From Candidatus Latescibacterota bacterium (lineage in GTDB: Bacteria > Latescibacterota > UBA2968 > UBA8231), in assembly GCA_965217585.1 (NCBI GenBank), contig OZ244561.1, forward strand, positions 7,072,001 to 7,136,000: 64,000 nucleotides of DNA. The letters are read 5' to 3'. Of the stretch, positions 1 to 10,555 are shown piece by piece. The notes beneath the pieces were generated by a model. The model ran no database searches, was not told the DNA's origin, and was given only the letters and a program-made list of their open reading frames with translations. Numbering within the stretch: the first letter of the stretch is position 1; each line of letters starts with the position of its first letter. The position numbers were made by a program, and so were the translations under genes.

Positions 1-300
1 GAGCTGTTCGAGGCGGCTGAGTTCGAAGCCGCCGGCCGTCATCTTGCGGATCGGCTTGCCGTCGGCATCCACGTCGGGATCGGGGTCCCAAACTTCGGTG
101 TCGTCTCCCCACATGGCCGAATGCGGGCTGCCGCGCCAGACGACATCATCGTCAATGCCGATGAGTCCGGCGAGGGCATTGACCCCGGCCGGGACCAGTT
201 CGTCGAGCTGATGGGTGACATCGTCGGGGCTGCGGTCCGGCAGGTAGAAGAGCATCCAGTTGCCGTCGGTATTGAAAATCAGGCGCGGGAGTTTGGTCAT
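1..300 (-). CDS. Hypothetical protein, 5' part only (runs off window start); possible glycoside hydrolase-like TIM barrel
   Basis: Absent from the ORF track. Manual translation from ATG at 300: MTKLPRLIFNTDGNWMLFYLPDRSPDD..., open to position 1, with GGAG RBS upstream. The 'RLIFNxDG' start resembles GH-like barrel proteins (inference). Confidence 0.7.
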   Translation of the reverse strand, partial: MTKLPRLIFNTDGNWMLFYLPDRSPDDVTHQLDELVPAGVNALAGLIGIDDDVVWRGSPHSAMWGDDTEVWDPDPDVDADGKPIRKMTAGGFELSRLEQL

Positions 301-354
301 CGCGATCTCCGTTGTAGAATGCTGCGGCGAAGGTAGCTTGCCTGGGATATAGTG

Positions 355-1476
355 TCAAAAGAGCGACGGTACGCGATAGTCTTCATCGAAGACGAGGCGA
401 CTGTTCTGCACATTCAGGATCAGAACAGATAGGGCAGTGGAGAAGACCGGCCCCATGGCCACCGTGTTCTGGGCGTTGCCAGGCGGGAAGCCGACGGCGC
501 CGTCCTTGCCCTGGTGTTCGCGGATCTGCAGAAAGACGGCGCGCAGGGCGCGGCTGAATTCGCGTGCCCCCGGATCAGCGCGCCGCAAGGCGCGCAAATG
601 GAAAAAGTTGGTGTAGAAGTAGTTCGGTCCCGACCACACCGGCAGGTGCCGCACCAGCCACTGCGCGTTCAGCTTGGCCTCTTTCCCTGTGGCACGCCAA
701 CACTGCAGTTGCCACCCTCCCATGGCACTGATGGAAGCCACGGCCAAGCCTTCCGCATCGACGCTGAGTCCGCCTACCTGCTCGGGGTTATCTGCAGTGT
801 GTTTGAAAGATCCCAGCAGGAAATCCAAGGCGCGATCCCGGTTGGCCGTCTTCACGGCGAGACCGTAGAGTTCCGCTGTACGATAGCTGAGCAGTGCCCA
901 CGCTGTAGCCCGGCGATCATTTGTTTTGCCCTCGCGCCCCTCCATCTTCCAGCCGCCCCGCGAAACAGATGAACTACTGCGGTCCTGCCAGCGCTGCAAC
1001 AGCCGCAGGGCCCGGGAGACCGTCTCGGCCACCTTCTGCCGCAGGGCATCATCGCGCAGGTACGGGGTTGCACACAGCAGCGCCACCAAAGCTAGGGAGT
1101 GGCTTTCCGTGCGGAAGGCATCATCCCCCAGATCGCCGCTGCGACTGCCTGCCTGTAGGAGAAAAGCGACCGCCTTCTCGATACAGGCACGATCCGCCGC
1201 CGTAGGAGTGGCAGCAGCACAGAGCAAGGCCAATATCGAAACCGCTGTTTGTAGCCGAGGCTGTTTGGCCCCAAAGCCCCCGGTCTCATCCTGCTGCGAA
1301 CGCAGATATTCAAGGGCATGGTCACAGACCACCGCCAATTCCTCTGGCCGCACCGACTCGCCCGCCGACGGGGTCGCGCAATCGAAAACGAACACTGCCA
1401 GCAGGAAGACGACGCGTACTTTCCACGGTTTGGATGGTTGGTGCTGGTCTTCACTTTTCTTCATGAGGACCCGCAA
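355..1476 (-). CDS. Prenyltransferase/squalene oxidase repeat (alpha/alpha toroid) protein, probably exported
   Basis: 373 aa with QW-like repeats (YLRSQQDETGGFG, LQRWQ...RGGW, HQGKDGAVG) and an N-terminal hydrophobic segment. Typical member of MoxR-VWA clusters. Confidence 0.7.
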   Translation of the reverse strand: MRVLMKKSEDQHQPSKPWKVRVVFLLAVFVFDCATPSAGESVRPEELAVVCDHALEYLRSQQDETGGFGAKQPRLQTAVSILALLCAAATPTAADRACIEKAVAFLLQAGSRSGDLGDDAFRTESHSLALVALLCATPYLRDDALRQKVAETVSRALRLLQRWQDRSSSSVSRGGWKMEGREGKTNDRRATAWALLSYRTAELYGLAVKTANRDRALDFLLGSFKHTADNPEQVGGLSVDAEGLAVASISAMGGWQLQCWRATGKEAKLNAQWLVRHLPVWSGPNYFYTNFFHLRALRRADPGAREFSRALRAVFLQIREHQGKDGAVGFPPGNAQNTVAMGPVFSTALSVLILNVQNSRLVFDEDYRVPSLF

Positions 1477-1497
1477 TCCCTAACTTGAAACAAGCGT

Positions 1498-4400
1498 CTA
1501 CTCCGCTAGGTCTTGGTACAGTGCTTCATAGTAGGCCTTGATGCGGGCCTTGAAGGCGGCAGGAGAACGCCGGTTGCGCGCCTTGAAAAACTCCGTAGCA
1601 ATGTGCTTGGGCAAGCGCAGCGACGGTCCAGAATCTTCCGCGAGGAAAGACAGGCCGCGGTTGCGGCGGCGTTCGTTGGCCAGGTTGCGGGCCCGCAACT
1701 CCAGAATCCGGCCGTACTGGAGCTCGAGGCTCTGGGCGTGGGCCGGCGGCCCCACCGCGGCAAAAACTCGCGCCGCCAATTCGCGCACCAGAGACAGCTC
1801 GGCATGACGCAGCTCCTCCGCCCAGCGCCGATCGTGGCCATCCACAATACCCTGAATAGTCCACAGATTGATCGAACTCCTCGATTTGGTGAAACGCCGG
1901 TTGAGCTGAGCCGTTGCATTCACCGGGGGCAGGTGGACCGCCGCGGCAAGGCGCCCCGTGGTTTCGGATAATTCCTCGCGCACCGCGGAAAGCCGCCGCT
2001 GCACTTCCGGTCGTTGCAATACATCCTTGCCGGTCGGCCGGGATCGGAGCATGCGCTCCAGTGCCTGCAACTGCTGTCGCAGGTCTTCCTCTTCCTCCGC
2101 CCCCGCAACAGCAGTGGCTACGGCCCTGAGCCCCTGCAAGACCCCGGCAGCGCCTTCCTGCAGGCCTTGATCGAGTTGGCCCGTGGCGCGCACGAGATGC
2201 ACCAAGCGTCCCTCGTGCCGAGCGATCTTGCCAAAAATGGACCCCGCCAACTGTTCCTGCGCCGCCGCGTCAACCGGCTTACCCGCAACATCTAGAAAGG
2301 AGCTGATGTACTCGAACTCCTCGTGCAAATGCTCTAGGTATCCCTCGGTGCGGGTGCGTTTCATCAACGCCGCAAAGTCGTAAGTGACCTCTTCCCCCTG
2401 CAGAACGGCGGCGGCGAGATCCGCGCAGCGGCGCAACTCTTCGGCCACGTCGCGACTGCCGTCGGCAATTAGCCCATACGTCTTGATCCGTTCCGCCGTC
2501 TCTCTGCCCTCGCGCCCATAGCGATTCAACACCTTCTCCGCAGACTGGCTCGCGACCATGGTCATGGCCAACTGCAGGCCGTGGAGCGGCTGCCACGCCG
2601 GCCAATCGCCGGGTTGTGCTCCTCTGTGCAGGCGCTCTTGCGCCAGCAGGAAGAGCACCGCGCGCGTATAAGCCTCCAGCCCTTCGACGCGCTGCTTCAA
2701 GGCTTCAGCCTCGCGGTACAGGCGGCTGTGGATGGCCTTCCCGGCAATCTCCGCAAAGATCTCCGGTTGACTCGCCAGGGCCTGACAGCGAGGGCCGTAC
2801 GCCGCAAAGGCATCAGCCGTTTGCCGCAAGCTAGTGCGCAAGAATCCAACATGCTGCGCTAGAGAGCCCTGCCATTTGGCAATCGCCGCCGGCCCGGGAA
2901 GCTCCTCTACCGCTTGGTCAAGTGCTGTCAGCAGAGCAGAGTCCTCCCGACGCAAAACAGCATGGAGATCGCCGCGCAGCGCCGACGAGAAAACCTGCAC
3001 CAGTTGCCCCCGCTTTTCTTCGCTCAACTCCGGCATCCCGGCAACCATCTCCCAGACAACGAGAAGTCCTTCGCGCAGCGCCGCTTCGCGATCATCGGCA
3101 GCGGCGGCAAAAAGCTCGTATCTGCCACAGAGCAGATCTAGCTGGTGGGAGCGCAGACGCTGATGCAGTTGATCCAGAGCCAACCACAGATCCACCAGTG
3201 ATCCGGGCGGTGCATACCAGTTGCCCGGTGCCATGTTCCCAGCTTGGGTGGCCAGACCAAAATGGAGAAGCTCCAGCGGCCGGAAGAGGCTCTCCTGGCC
3301 ACGCGCCCGCATCACTTCGCCGTGCGCTCCCAAGAAGCGCGACCGCGTTCCTTCATCTCTTTGAGCTTCCTCGGCTAGGGCTTCCACCAAGCGCACGCTC
3401 GCCGCCGACGGCGCGCTCATCCGCGCCGCCAGTTGGGACGTGAAGCCGGACAGGTGTTGGGCCACTGCCGCCACATCCTTCGCCCGATGAGCCGCCCGCA
3501 GATCCACCAGTACCCGCTTTAGTTGCGGCGACGGATTCGGCAACTCGTCCGCCGCGACCAAGAGGGCCGCAAGCTCATCCAGATAGAACCTCAGATTGGC
3601 GGCATAGAGGGCTTGGTTGTGCTTGAGTCCGGCCAGGCTGCGCAGTTGCGTGTCGAGCTTGCGCGCCTTGTGCAGGAGATGCTCGGGCAGGAAACGCAGC
3701 GTTTCCGCCCGCACCGCGGCCAACCAAATCTGCGCGAAGGCTTGGCCGCGCTCGTGGGCCTGTTGCAACTGCATTAGGACGACTGGCACATCCTCGCTCT
3801 GCGGCAATTGCTCTACCAGAGGCAGCAAATCTCCATACCTAGGGAGAACCTGATGCGGCAGAGCCAACAAAACGGCTGCGCGATTCAGACGATAGGGAAA
3901 ACCGCCGTAGCGCTGGTGGTAATAACGCGCCAGCCCGAAGACATCGGGCTGCCGGTGGGTGCTCTTGGTGTACTCGGCAAGCAGTTGTCCCTGCGCCGGT
4001 GGCCAGGTCTTGCTCTGCCCCACGGTCGCCGCAATGATGTTGAGCTGATTGGCCAAGTTGCGATGGTAGCTCAGGTAGCTCTCTGCCGCCGATTTCACCA
4101 GATTGAGATATTCCATGCCGCGCTGGAAACGAGCGGAGAAATCGTCGTTCACAATGTGAATGCGATACTTGGCCGTACGGGTCTCTTGCCCCTTGGAGTC
4201 GACCGCCACAAGCCTGAATTCAAAGGGCTCGGTGCTATAAACGCGGTAGTCCATGCGCTGGATCAGTTCCTGCCCGCCGAGCTGTCGCTTCCCATAATCC
4301 GGATGATGGATGTACTCCTCACCGGTGAGCTCGGTCACAGCCGCCCCGCCCGCTACGGTCCAGGACATGATCAGATCGCTCACCGCATAGTCGTCCTCCA

Positions 4401-5823
4401 CAGCAAACTGATAGGCCACCGTCTCCCCCGGAACGATGGTCGTCTCACTCTCCAGTCCCGTCATCGTCACCTTGGGCGGCGCATCCGGCAAAGCCTCGAT
4501 CATGCAGAGCCATTCGCGGCTGTAGAGACCGTTCTTGCCGCGGGCGCGCAGGCGCAGAATGCCGCTGTCATCCGCGAGGAGCCGGAAGCGGCCGCCGGCC
4601 GCGCCGCGCCGACGCACCGTCAGCTCGCGCCGTCTAACATCCTCCTTTTCCTGCTTGGCGCCGGGCTGGCCGATCTTTAGCAGGTTCTGGCCGAAAAGCC
4701 CCTGCCCCCCTGCATCCCCTTTCTTCTGCAAGATTTCAAAAGTCGCCTCAATCCCCTCGTGGGGTTCACTGCAACGCACCTCGAATTCCATGCGCGTACC
4801 ACTGAGGACACTGAGGCGCTTGGCAGTGAGTTCCTGCTGGATCACATTTTTGCGCCGCGCATACTTGGGGAACCGCAGCGTATGGGTGACACCGCTCAAC
4901 TTGATGCGCGGCGTCACCGGCTGCTGCCACCAAGCACTGAGCGCATCGTCGGCCCGGACGCGGAAACGCAGCGGTTCCCCCAGCCGCACAGCGCGAAACT
5001 GCCAGCGCTCACCTTGCCGCCGGCACTCGCCCACTTCCACGCCAGTGGCCGTTTGGTACTCCACCTGCGGCGGTGCCTGGAATCCGGATCCTGCCATGCC
5101 GAGTTCAGCCAGCCATGTCGTCTGGCGCTCAAGTGCGATGGTGAGGGTAAAATTGCTGTCCTCCGGCAACGCCGGCAATTCGCCGTCCGTCCACGGACGA
5201 CCGTTCGTCTCCAGGAATCGGATGACTGTAAAGCTGTCGCGCGGCAGGTTTGCTTGCGGTTGCCAGAAACGCTGCCACAAGAGGGTCAGGTCGAAGGCGC
5301 TACTCCATTGCAGGAACCCAAACCAGAGGACCATGCTACAAAGGCAAACCAGACCAGCTCCCAATGCCCGGCGGCGCACCGTCGCTGCGACCGGGGCGAG
5401 AGAAGTTTTCTCTTCCGTCTCTTGACGCAAACGGGCCAAGAGCATGGCCGGGCCGACCTTCTCACCCGCCGCCTCACGGCGCGCCAGATCCAGCGCCGTA
5501 CCCCAACGGTCCTGATGTTGGGGTAGTGCCTTGTCCAAGTGGATCGCCACCTCCAAGGCATCCGGACGGATCCAGCGCCACAGGAAGAAGAATCCCAGCA
5601 CCAATAAGAGGAGCCCCCCGGTGAGCCCCCAAGGACCAATGCCGCGCACCGAAGGGCTGAGCTCCACAAAGCGATCCAGCAGGAGGAAGGCAGAGAGCAA
5701 GAACGCCACCCCCGCTACCCCAAAGGCGGCCAGAGCGCACAGGGCTACGGCGCGGCGCAAGCGCACGTAGAGCTTGACTCCTTTCCGTACATTGGCGGGC
5801 AGATTGGCGGGGAATTGCATCAC
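1498..5823 (-). CDS. Large membrane-anchored protein of MoxR cluster (DUF4175-like)
   Basis: 1441 aa: three N-terminal TM segments, Ig-like beta region (DAPPKV...DDYAVS), long helical C-terminus ending 'IKAYYEAL'. Confidence 0.6.
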   Translation of the reverse strand: MMQFPANLPANVRKGVKLYVRLRRAVALCALAAFGVAGVAFLLSAFLLLDRFVELSPSVRGIGPWGLTGGLLLLVLGFFFLWRWIRPDALEVAIHLDKALPQHQDRWGTALDLARREAAGEKVGPAMLLARLRQETEEKTSLAPVAATVRRRALGAGLVCLCSMVLWFGFLQWSSAFDLTLLWQRFWQPQANLPRDSFTVIRFLETNGRPWTDGELPALPEDSNFTLTIALERQTTWLAELGMAGSGFQAPPQVEYQTATGVEVGECRRQGERWQFRAVRLGEPLRFRVRADDALSAWWQQPVTPRIKLSGVTHTLRFPKYARRKNVIQQELTAKRLSVLSGTRMEFEVRCSEPHEGIEATFEILQKKGDAGGQGLFGQNLLKIGQPGAKQEKEDVRRRELTVRRRGAAGGRFRLLADDSGILRLRARGKNGLYSREWLCMIEALPDAPPKVTMTGLESETTIVPGETVAYQFAVEDDYAVSDLIMSWTVAGGAAVTELTGEEYIHHPDYGKRQLGGQELIQRMDYRVYSTEPFEFRLVAVDSKGQETRTAKYRIHIVNDDFSARFQRGMEYLNLVKSAAESYLSYHRNLANQLNIIAATVGQSKTWPPAQGQLLAEYTKSTHRQPDVFGLARYYHQRYGGFPYRLNRAAVLLALPHQVLPRYGDLLPLVEQLPQSEDVPVVLMQLQQAHERGQAFAQIWLAAVRAETLRFLPEHLLHKARKLDTQLRSLAGLKHNQALYAANLRFYLDELAALLVAADELPNPSPQLKRVLVDLRAAHRAKDVAAVAQHLSGFTSQLAARMSAPSAASVRLVEALAEEAQRDEGTRSRFLGAHGEVMRARGQESLFRPLELLHFGLATQAGNMAPGNWYAPPGSLVDLWLALDQLHQRLRSHQLDLLCGRYELFAAAADDREAALREGLLVVWEMVAGMPELSEEKRGQLVQVFSSALRGDLHAVLRREDSALLTALDQAVEELPGPAAIAKWQGSLAQHVGFLRTSLRQTADAFAAYGPRCQALASQPEIFAEIAGKAIHSRLYREAEALKQRVEGLEAYTRAVLFLLAQERLHRGAQPGDWPAWQPLHGLQLAMTMVASQSAEKVLNRYGREGRETAERIKTYGLIADGSRDVAEELRRCADLAAAVLQGEEVTYDFAALMKRTRTEGYLEHLHEEFEYISSFLDVAGKPVDAAAQEQLAGSIFGKIARHEGRLVHLVRATGQLDQGLQEGAAGVLQGLRAVATAVAGAEEEEDLRQQLQALERMLRSRPTGKDVLQRPEVQRRLSAVREELSETTGRLAAAVHLPPVNATAQLNRRFTKSRSSINLWTIQGIVDGHDRRWAEELRHAELSLVRELAARVFAAVGPPAHAQSLELQYGRILELRARNLANERRRNRGLSFLAEDSGPSLRLPKHIATEFFKARNRRSPAAFKARIKAYYEALYQDLAE

Positions 5824-8384
5824 ATGACCCTCCCCGCCCGGCGGCGCAGAAGATACTCAGCCGACACCAGGAGAAGAAGCACTGCCAGGACCCACGATCC
5901 ACGCCAGAGCGAGTGATGGGTCGTATGCTCCTGCACTACGGGTGGGCCGGCCTCGGGTCCCTGCCAGTCGGCGAGTTCATGCAACGGGTGGAAGGTCCCA
6001 CCCGTGCGCTCTGCAAGCTCGCGCAAGGGCGCCGCCCGAGCTTGCAGCTCAAAGTCGCCCCGCTCATAAGGGATGTCCACAAAGAGAGACTGTTCCTGTC
6101 CGTCGAGCGTAAAACTTAGCTGCGGCACCAACTCAGCAGGCCCTGACCGAGCCGCCTTTACACGCCATCGCTCCCAGCCCGTGGGTGCCCCTTGCTGTGG
6201 CTGGAGAGACGCAGGGGACGCTGTTAGGGCCCCGGCCGGCGAACTGTAAAGATCATAGCCAGCCACCGGCTGGACCGGCACGATCCCCTCATGGGGAAGC
6301 AACGCCTGCACCAGCAGGCCGGCGAGCAGGCGATTTACGAGCAGCCCCGTTCGCTCCCGCAAAGTTTTCAGTTGGGGTAGCCCGCAGAAGAGAAGCCGGC
6401 CTTTGCCGCGCTGCAACAGACTCACGCCCGCGTCATCGCCCACTTGTAAAAGAGGCAGGCCGATCCCCGACACGAGGCTACGACTCGACACGGTCCCAAA
6501 GCTCGCCCAGCGGTCCAGAGACGCGGCCATGTCGCGCCCCAAACGATGGGCATCCAACCACAGTCCCGGAGTGGGGTGCAGCGGACCCGATACCTCACTG
6601 CCCTGCAGCTTCAACTCCAGAACCTGGGTCCACGAGTGAGCAGCCGGTAGCGCTTCCGGCTCATGGATAAAGACGGCCAACCCCTCCTCCACCGCAGTGC
6701 GCAAGCCACCCATCCAAGCGGCGGCCTCTTGGGGGTCCTTGCGCAAGTCTTCAGGGATAGCGCCGATCAGCACAGCCATGCCAATCCCCCGCCATGCCTG
6801 CGCCTTTGCCGGCCAGGCCCCGGCTTCGCTGCCGATTTTGAGGCGCGACAACCCCGGCACGCCCAGCAGCATCTGCAAAGATACACCCGGCATCTGCCCC
6901 AGCACCTCCTGGTAGGCGGCGAAATCATCGTTCACAGAGCTGCCCACCAGCAGAACGGGGACCGGTGTGGACAGCACGTGGGTGGTCCGCACCTGCACTT
7001 CGTTGCCGGGATAGTCGTCCGCTTGTGCCATACTCAACTGAAAGACGAGCTGTTGCCGACCCACCACCGTAGGCACAAAGGGAATCGTCAAAACCTGATA
7101 ACCCTGGTGATCTGCGCCGATCTCCTGACGCGCCAGACGAGAGCTGCCGCCGTGGATCTCCAAGGCCCCCGCCCGGGGTGAGGGAAACTCCCACTTGACC
7201 AGGACCCGCACCCGGGTTTCCTCATGCTGTACGAGGATTGCCGGCAATTCCACCGCCACCAAGCCGCCATCCGCCGGTGCCGTCTTGTCCCGGCCCGTTA
7301 GGATCGTGTGCACCGGCACTCCCATGGCCGCTAGGCGCCGCGCTACGCGCCCCTGCTCATCCACTGCACCAGCACCGCCATCGCTGACCAAGAGCGCGGC
7401 CGTATGCGGGCGCACCTCTTGGTGCCGCTGTAAAAGCCTCATAGCTGAAATGAGGTCTGGCACCATCTGCAGCTCCACCCCTTCGGAGTACCGTTGTTGG
7501 GAGGCCACCCGCTTGCTGGCAAGCAAAGCGAATTCCCGACGTGTCTGCCGCAAGGCCCTTAGGCTTTGCTTTTGTGCCGCTGGCAAAGCAACCCCGTCCA
7601 ACTGTTCCTGTAGCGCTTGTGCATCCTTTAGGAGTTGCTGCGCGGCGGTGGCCGCGGCCCCGAGATGATCCACAAATTGTGGCAAGAGTGGCAGGCTTTC
7701 GCTCGCCTCCCGCCAGATGAGTTCGCTCTCATTAGCTATTGCCGCGGCAGTTGCACAGAAGGCCTGCTGCTGGGTCTGCACCGCGGCCAGAGCGGCCAGC
7801 AATCCCTGGTCCTCGATAGGCACCTGCGCCGGGGCCGAAGCATCCTGCACCCGCTCGACAAGAGGAAGCAATTGGGGCCCAAAAACCAACAGGTCATCGC
7901 GGCTCTCCTCGCCGAGGGGCAGCCCCATCTCGGCTGCGGCAAGTCGCTTCTGCCACCCTGCGAATTCGCGGTGCAGGCGCTCTACAACATCCGCCGTCGC
8001 TGCGGCGAGTTGCGAGCCAAAACGCACCCGTCCGGGGATCGGCTGCTGCAGCGTCTCCACCACATCGAGGAGGCGACTCCTGCTGCCGAAGCCTTCGCGC
8101 ACTTGCATGCTCCTGCCGCTATCGATCAGGATCAACAGTTCCTGTTCGAGGGACTGGCGCGTGGTCACTCGCAGCGCCGGCCGGCACAGAAGCCAGACAA
8201 AGAGCCCAATGATGGTGAACCGCAGCGCCGGCAGTAGCCAGCGCGTCAGGGCCTGCTCCCGCCCCTGGGCGAACTCCCGTTTCACCTGGTAAATGGCAAA
8301 ACCGGCAGCCACCGCGAGCAGACACACCCCCCACCACCCGGAAAGCCAGCCCTCTGTGAAAAGATGCCAAGAACGTTCCGTCAC
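5820..8384 (-). CDS. Membrane protein with VWA-like domain (MoxR cluster)
   Basis: 854 aa with N-terminal TMs, LIDSGRSM (MIDAS-like), LLVSDG, and a C-terminal TM ending 'EYLLRRRAG'. Overlaps the next gene by 4 bp. Confidence 0.7.
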   Translation of the reverse strand: MTERSWHLFTEGWLSGWWGVCLLAVAAGFAIYQVKREFAQGREQALTRWLLPALRFTIIGLFVWLLCRPALRVTTRQSLEQELLILIDSGRSMQVREGFGSRSRLLDVVETLQQPIPGRVRFGSQLAAATADVVERLHREFAGWQKRLAAAEMGLPLGEESRDDLLVFGPQLLPLVERVQDASAPAQVPIEDQGLLAALAAVQTQQQAFCATAAAIANESELIWREASESLPLLPQFVDHLGAAATAAQQLLKDAQALQEQLDGVALPAAQKQSLRALRQTRREFALLASKRVASQQRYSEGVELQMVPDLISAMRLLQRHQEVRPHTAALLVSDGGAGAVDEQGRVARRLAAMGVPVHTILTGRDKTAPADGGLVAVELPAILVQHEETRVRVLVKWEFPSPRAGALEIHGGSSRLARQEIGADHQGYQVLTIPFVPTVVGRQQLVFQLSMAQADDYPGNEVQVRTTHVLSTPVPVLLVGSSVNDDFAAYQEVLGQMPGVSLQMLLGVPGLSRLKIGSEAGAWPAKAQAWRGIGMAVLIGAIPEDLRKDPQEAAAWMGGLRTAVEEGLAVFIHEPEALPAAHSWTQVLELKLQGSEVSGPLHPTPGLWLDAHRLGRDMAASLDRWASFGTVSSRSLVSGIGLPLLQVGDDAGVSLLQRGKGRLLFCGLPQLKTLRERTGLLVNRLLAGLLVQALLPHEGIVPVQPVAGYDLYSSPAGALTASPASLQPQQGAPTGWERWRVKAARSGPAELVPQLSFTLDGQEQSLFVDIPYERGDFELQARAAPLRELAERTGGTFHPLHELADWQGPEAGPPVVQEHTTHHSLWRGSWVLAVLLLLVSAEYLLRRRAGRVM

Positions 8385-8395
8385 CTAGGCTGCGC

Positions 8396-10555
8396 TCATA
8401 GGGTTTGCACCAGCCAAGTTTCCACAAGGTAGATTGCCAACATCGCCGCGAGGAGCCAAGGCCACGCCTCGAGCAAGGCATCAGCCGCACCCAAGGCGAT
8501 CACGGCGCTGGGCCAATCGGGATGAATCGATGCTCCGAGCGCGCGGGCCATCTTCTCGAGGCCCGCTTCGTCCAGAGAGCGTAGATCGCTCTCCGGGATC
8601 TCGCCGCGCACCGTGAACTGTACCAGGACTGCCTCACCATCGGCCCCATCACCGCCGAGGTCGCCGGACAGCCGATAGAGCCCGGGCGCCACCGGCGCCG
8701 GCAGGACGACATAGCTTTCCCCGCGCCACGTCACCGGCTTCACTGGACGCGAACGGCCGTCCGGCATCTCCAACAAAGCCATCGTGGCGTGGGACCAAGG
8801 CAGGATGGCAGAGGCGCCCGGATTTAGGTTGCGCGGCAGTACACTGCCGCTGGCGGCGGCATGGAGCAGGCGGGTGAGCAAGGGAAGAAAAGACTGTCGC
8901 ACTGGCAAAGCGGTCCAGGCGATGCTAAAACTGCTGGTCCAAATATAGACCCATCCCCGCCCCAGAGCACGGCGCACCAGCAGGGGATCATCGTTGCTCA
9001 AACGGAAGACCACTTCTCCCTCCAAGTCGGGGGCCAAAGTCAGATGGTTGTAGATACGCACATCGCCAAGGTCGCCACCCGCCGCCGCGGCAAATTCCGC
9101 AAACAGAAGCGCTGCTGCCGTTTCCGCTTCGCTGCGCACCAGGGAGAATTCCCGCGGATCTGTCTCTGCTCGCGCCGCCCGCTCAAAGCGCACCCGCAGG
9201 AGTTCTCCATAGTGTTCATTGTAGCCTTGTAGCTCCATGGCCGGTGTGGCGGCAAAGATCAGACCGCCGCCGCGCTCGACGAAGCGCGCCAGCGGCTCTG
9301 CTGCGGCCGTTAGGGCAAAGCGCGGGGCGCAGACGAGAATTACATCCACCTCGGGTGGGATGGCTCTCGTGAGGGCATTGACGTTGGTGGAGATAAGTTC
9401 GATTGCCGCTTGTGACCCTGGCGAAGCGGCGTAGGCCCGGCGGATAAACTCGTCCTCCGAGAGATCCAACCCGCTTGCCGGGCTCGCCTCTTCCGCCACC
9501 ACCCAGACCTTGAGCTGTTCCTTCACGCGCACACAGAGGGAGCGGGCCGCGTGGGCTGGCAACCGACTGTCATCGGTGCGAACGCGCAAGACCACGTCCC
9601 CCGGCTGATCGAACTGCAAAGTTAGGGCAAAGCGCTGGGTTTCGTTGGCTTTGAAGGGGACCTGCAGCCGCCCCACCTCCGTGCCGTCGGCTTCGCACGC
9701 GAAGGTGGCGGTCATTCCCGTCGGACCATAACAGCTGGCCTCGATATAGAGATGGACCGGAATCCCGCGCAGCGCCAGGTCGCTCCCCAGACCAATCTGT
9801 TTGAGTGCGACATAGCTGCCCACCTCTGCGGAGGCCGTCATATTTACCGGAACAACCGCAATGGCACGGCGTCCGCGGAACTCTTTGAACCAGGCAAGTT
9901 GGGTTGTCTCTTGTGCCAAACGCCGGGGGAAGTCCGACAACAGATAAAGTTCCGCCACGGCCTGCGGGGTGCGCGCCAGTCGCGCCAGACCTGTGGCCAG
10001 CGCTGCGGCCAATCCCACCTCGCCAGGAGAGACGGCAATGGCCTCGATGACGGCTCGTCGTTCACGCCCCGACAGCGGGCCGGCAAGCGTCTGGGTCTGA
10101 TCGTCTGCTGCGCTGAGGGCACCGCGGACGAGAGGCACAACCGTTGCACGATCCCCAATCCGCAGATCCAGCAAGAGAGCGTCTACCGCCACCTGCATCC
10201 TGGTCAACCGGGCGCTGCCATCGGTACTTGCCGTCATGCTCAAGGAGTTGTCCACGAGGATGGCTCGGTGTACCGGCTCCCGCGGCAGAGCAGGTCGCTC
10301 GCGACTGGGTTGTGCATTGGGCCACATCAACCCCACCAGCAGGGCCGCCCCCAAAGCCAGCACCAGAACGCGCAGTGCGAGGACAACCATCTGTTTCCAG
10401 ATCGAAGCCTTGCGTTTGCTGCGCAGGGTCAAACGCAAGAGGTAGCTTGCCCCCCAATCCACCTCGGTCTTGCGCCGGCGCAAAAGGAAATAGATGACGA
10501 CCGGTGTCGCCGCCGCCAAGAGACCGAGAAGAGCAATGGGAGAGGTCAGGATCAC
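8396..10555 (-). CDS. BatA N-terminal domain + VWA protein
   Basis: 719 aa. N-terminus 'LGLLAAATPVVIYFLLRRRK..VDWGA', MIDAS 'VDNSLSM', 'LLSDF', C-terminal TM. Confidence 0.8.
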   Translation of the reverse strand: MILTSPIALLGLLAAATPVVIYFLLRRRKTEVDWGASYLLRLTLRSKRKASIWKQMVVLALRVLVLALGAALLVGLMWPNAQPSRERPALPREPVHRAILVDNSLSMTASTDGSARLTRMQVAVDALLLDLRIGDRATVVPLVRGALSAADDQTQTLAGPLSGRERRAVIEAIAVSPGEVGLAAALATGLARLARTPQAVAELYLLSDFPRRLAQETTQLAWFKEFRGRRAIAVVPVNMTASAEVGSYVALKQIGLGSDLALRGIPVHLYIEASCYGPTGMTATFACEADGTEVGRLQVPFKANETQRFALTLQFDQPGDVVLRVRTDDSRLPAHAARSLCVRVKEQLKVWVVAEEASPASGLDLSEDEFIRRAYAASPGSQAAIELISTNVNALTRAIPPEVDVILVCAPRFALTAAAEPLARFVERGGGLIFAATPAMELQGYNEHYGELLRVRFERAARAETDPREFSLVRSEAETAAALLFAEFAAAAGGDLGDVRIYNHLTLAPDLEGEVVFRLSNDDPLLVRRALGRGWVYIWTSSFSIAWTALPVRQSFLPLLTRLLHAAASGSVLPRNLNPGASAILPWSHATMALLEMPDGRSRPVKPVTWRGESYVVLPAPVAPGLYRLSGDLGGDGADGEAVLVQFTVRGEIPESDLRSLDEAGLEKMARALGASIHPDWPSAVIALGAADALLEAWPWLLAAMLAIYLVETWLVQTL

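Noticed and set aside
121-336. Plus-strand 71-aa ORF at the window start
   Set aside because: Antisense shadow of the minus-strand CDS starting at 300.
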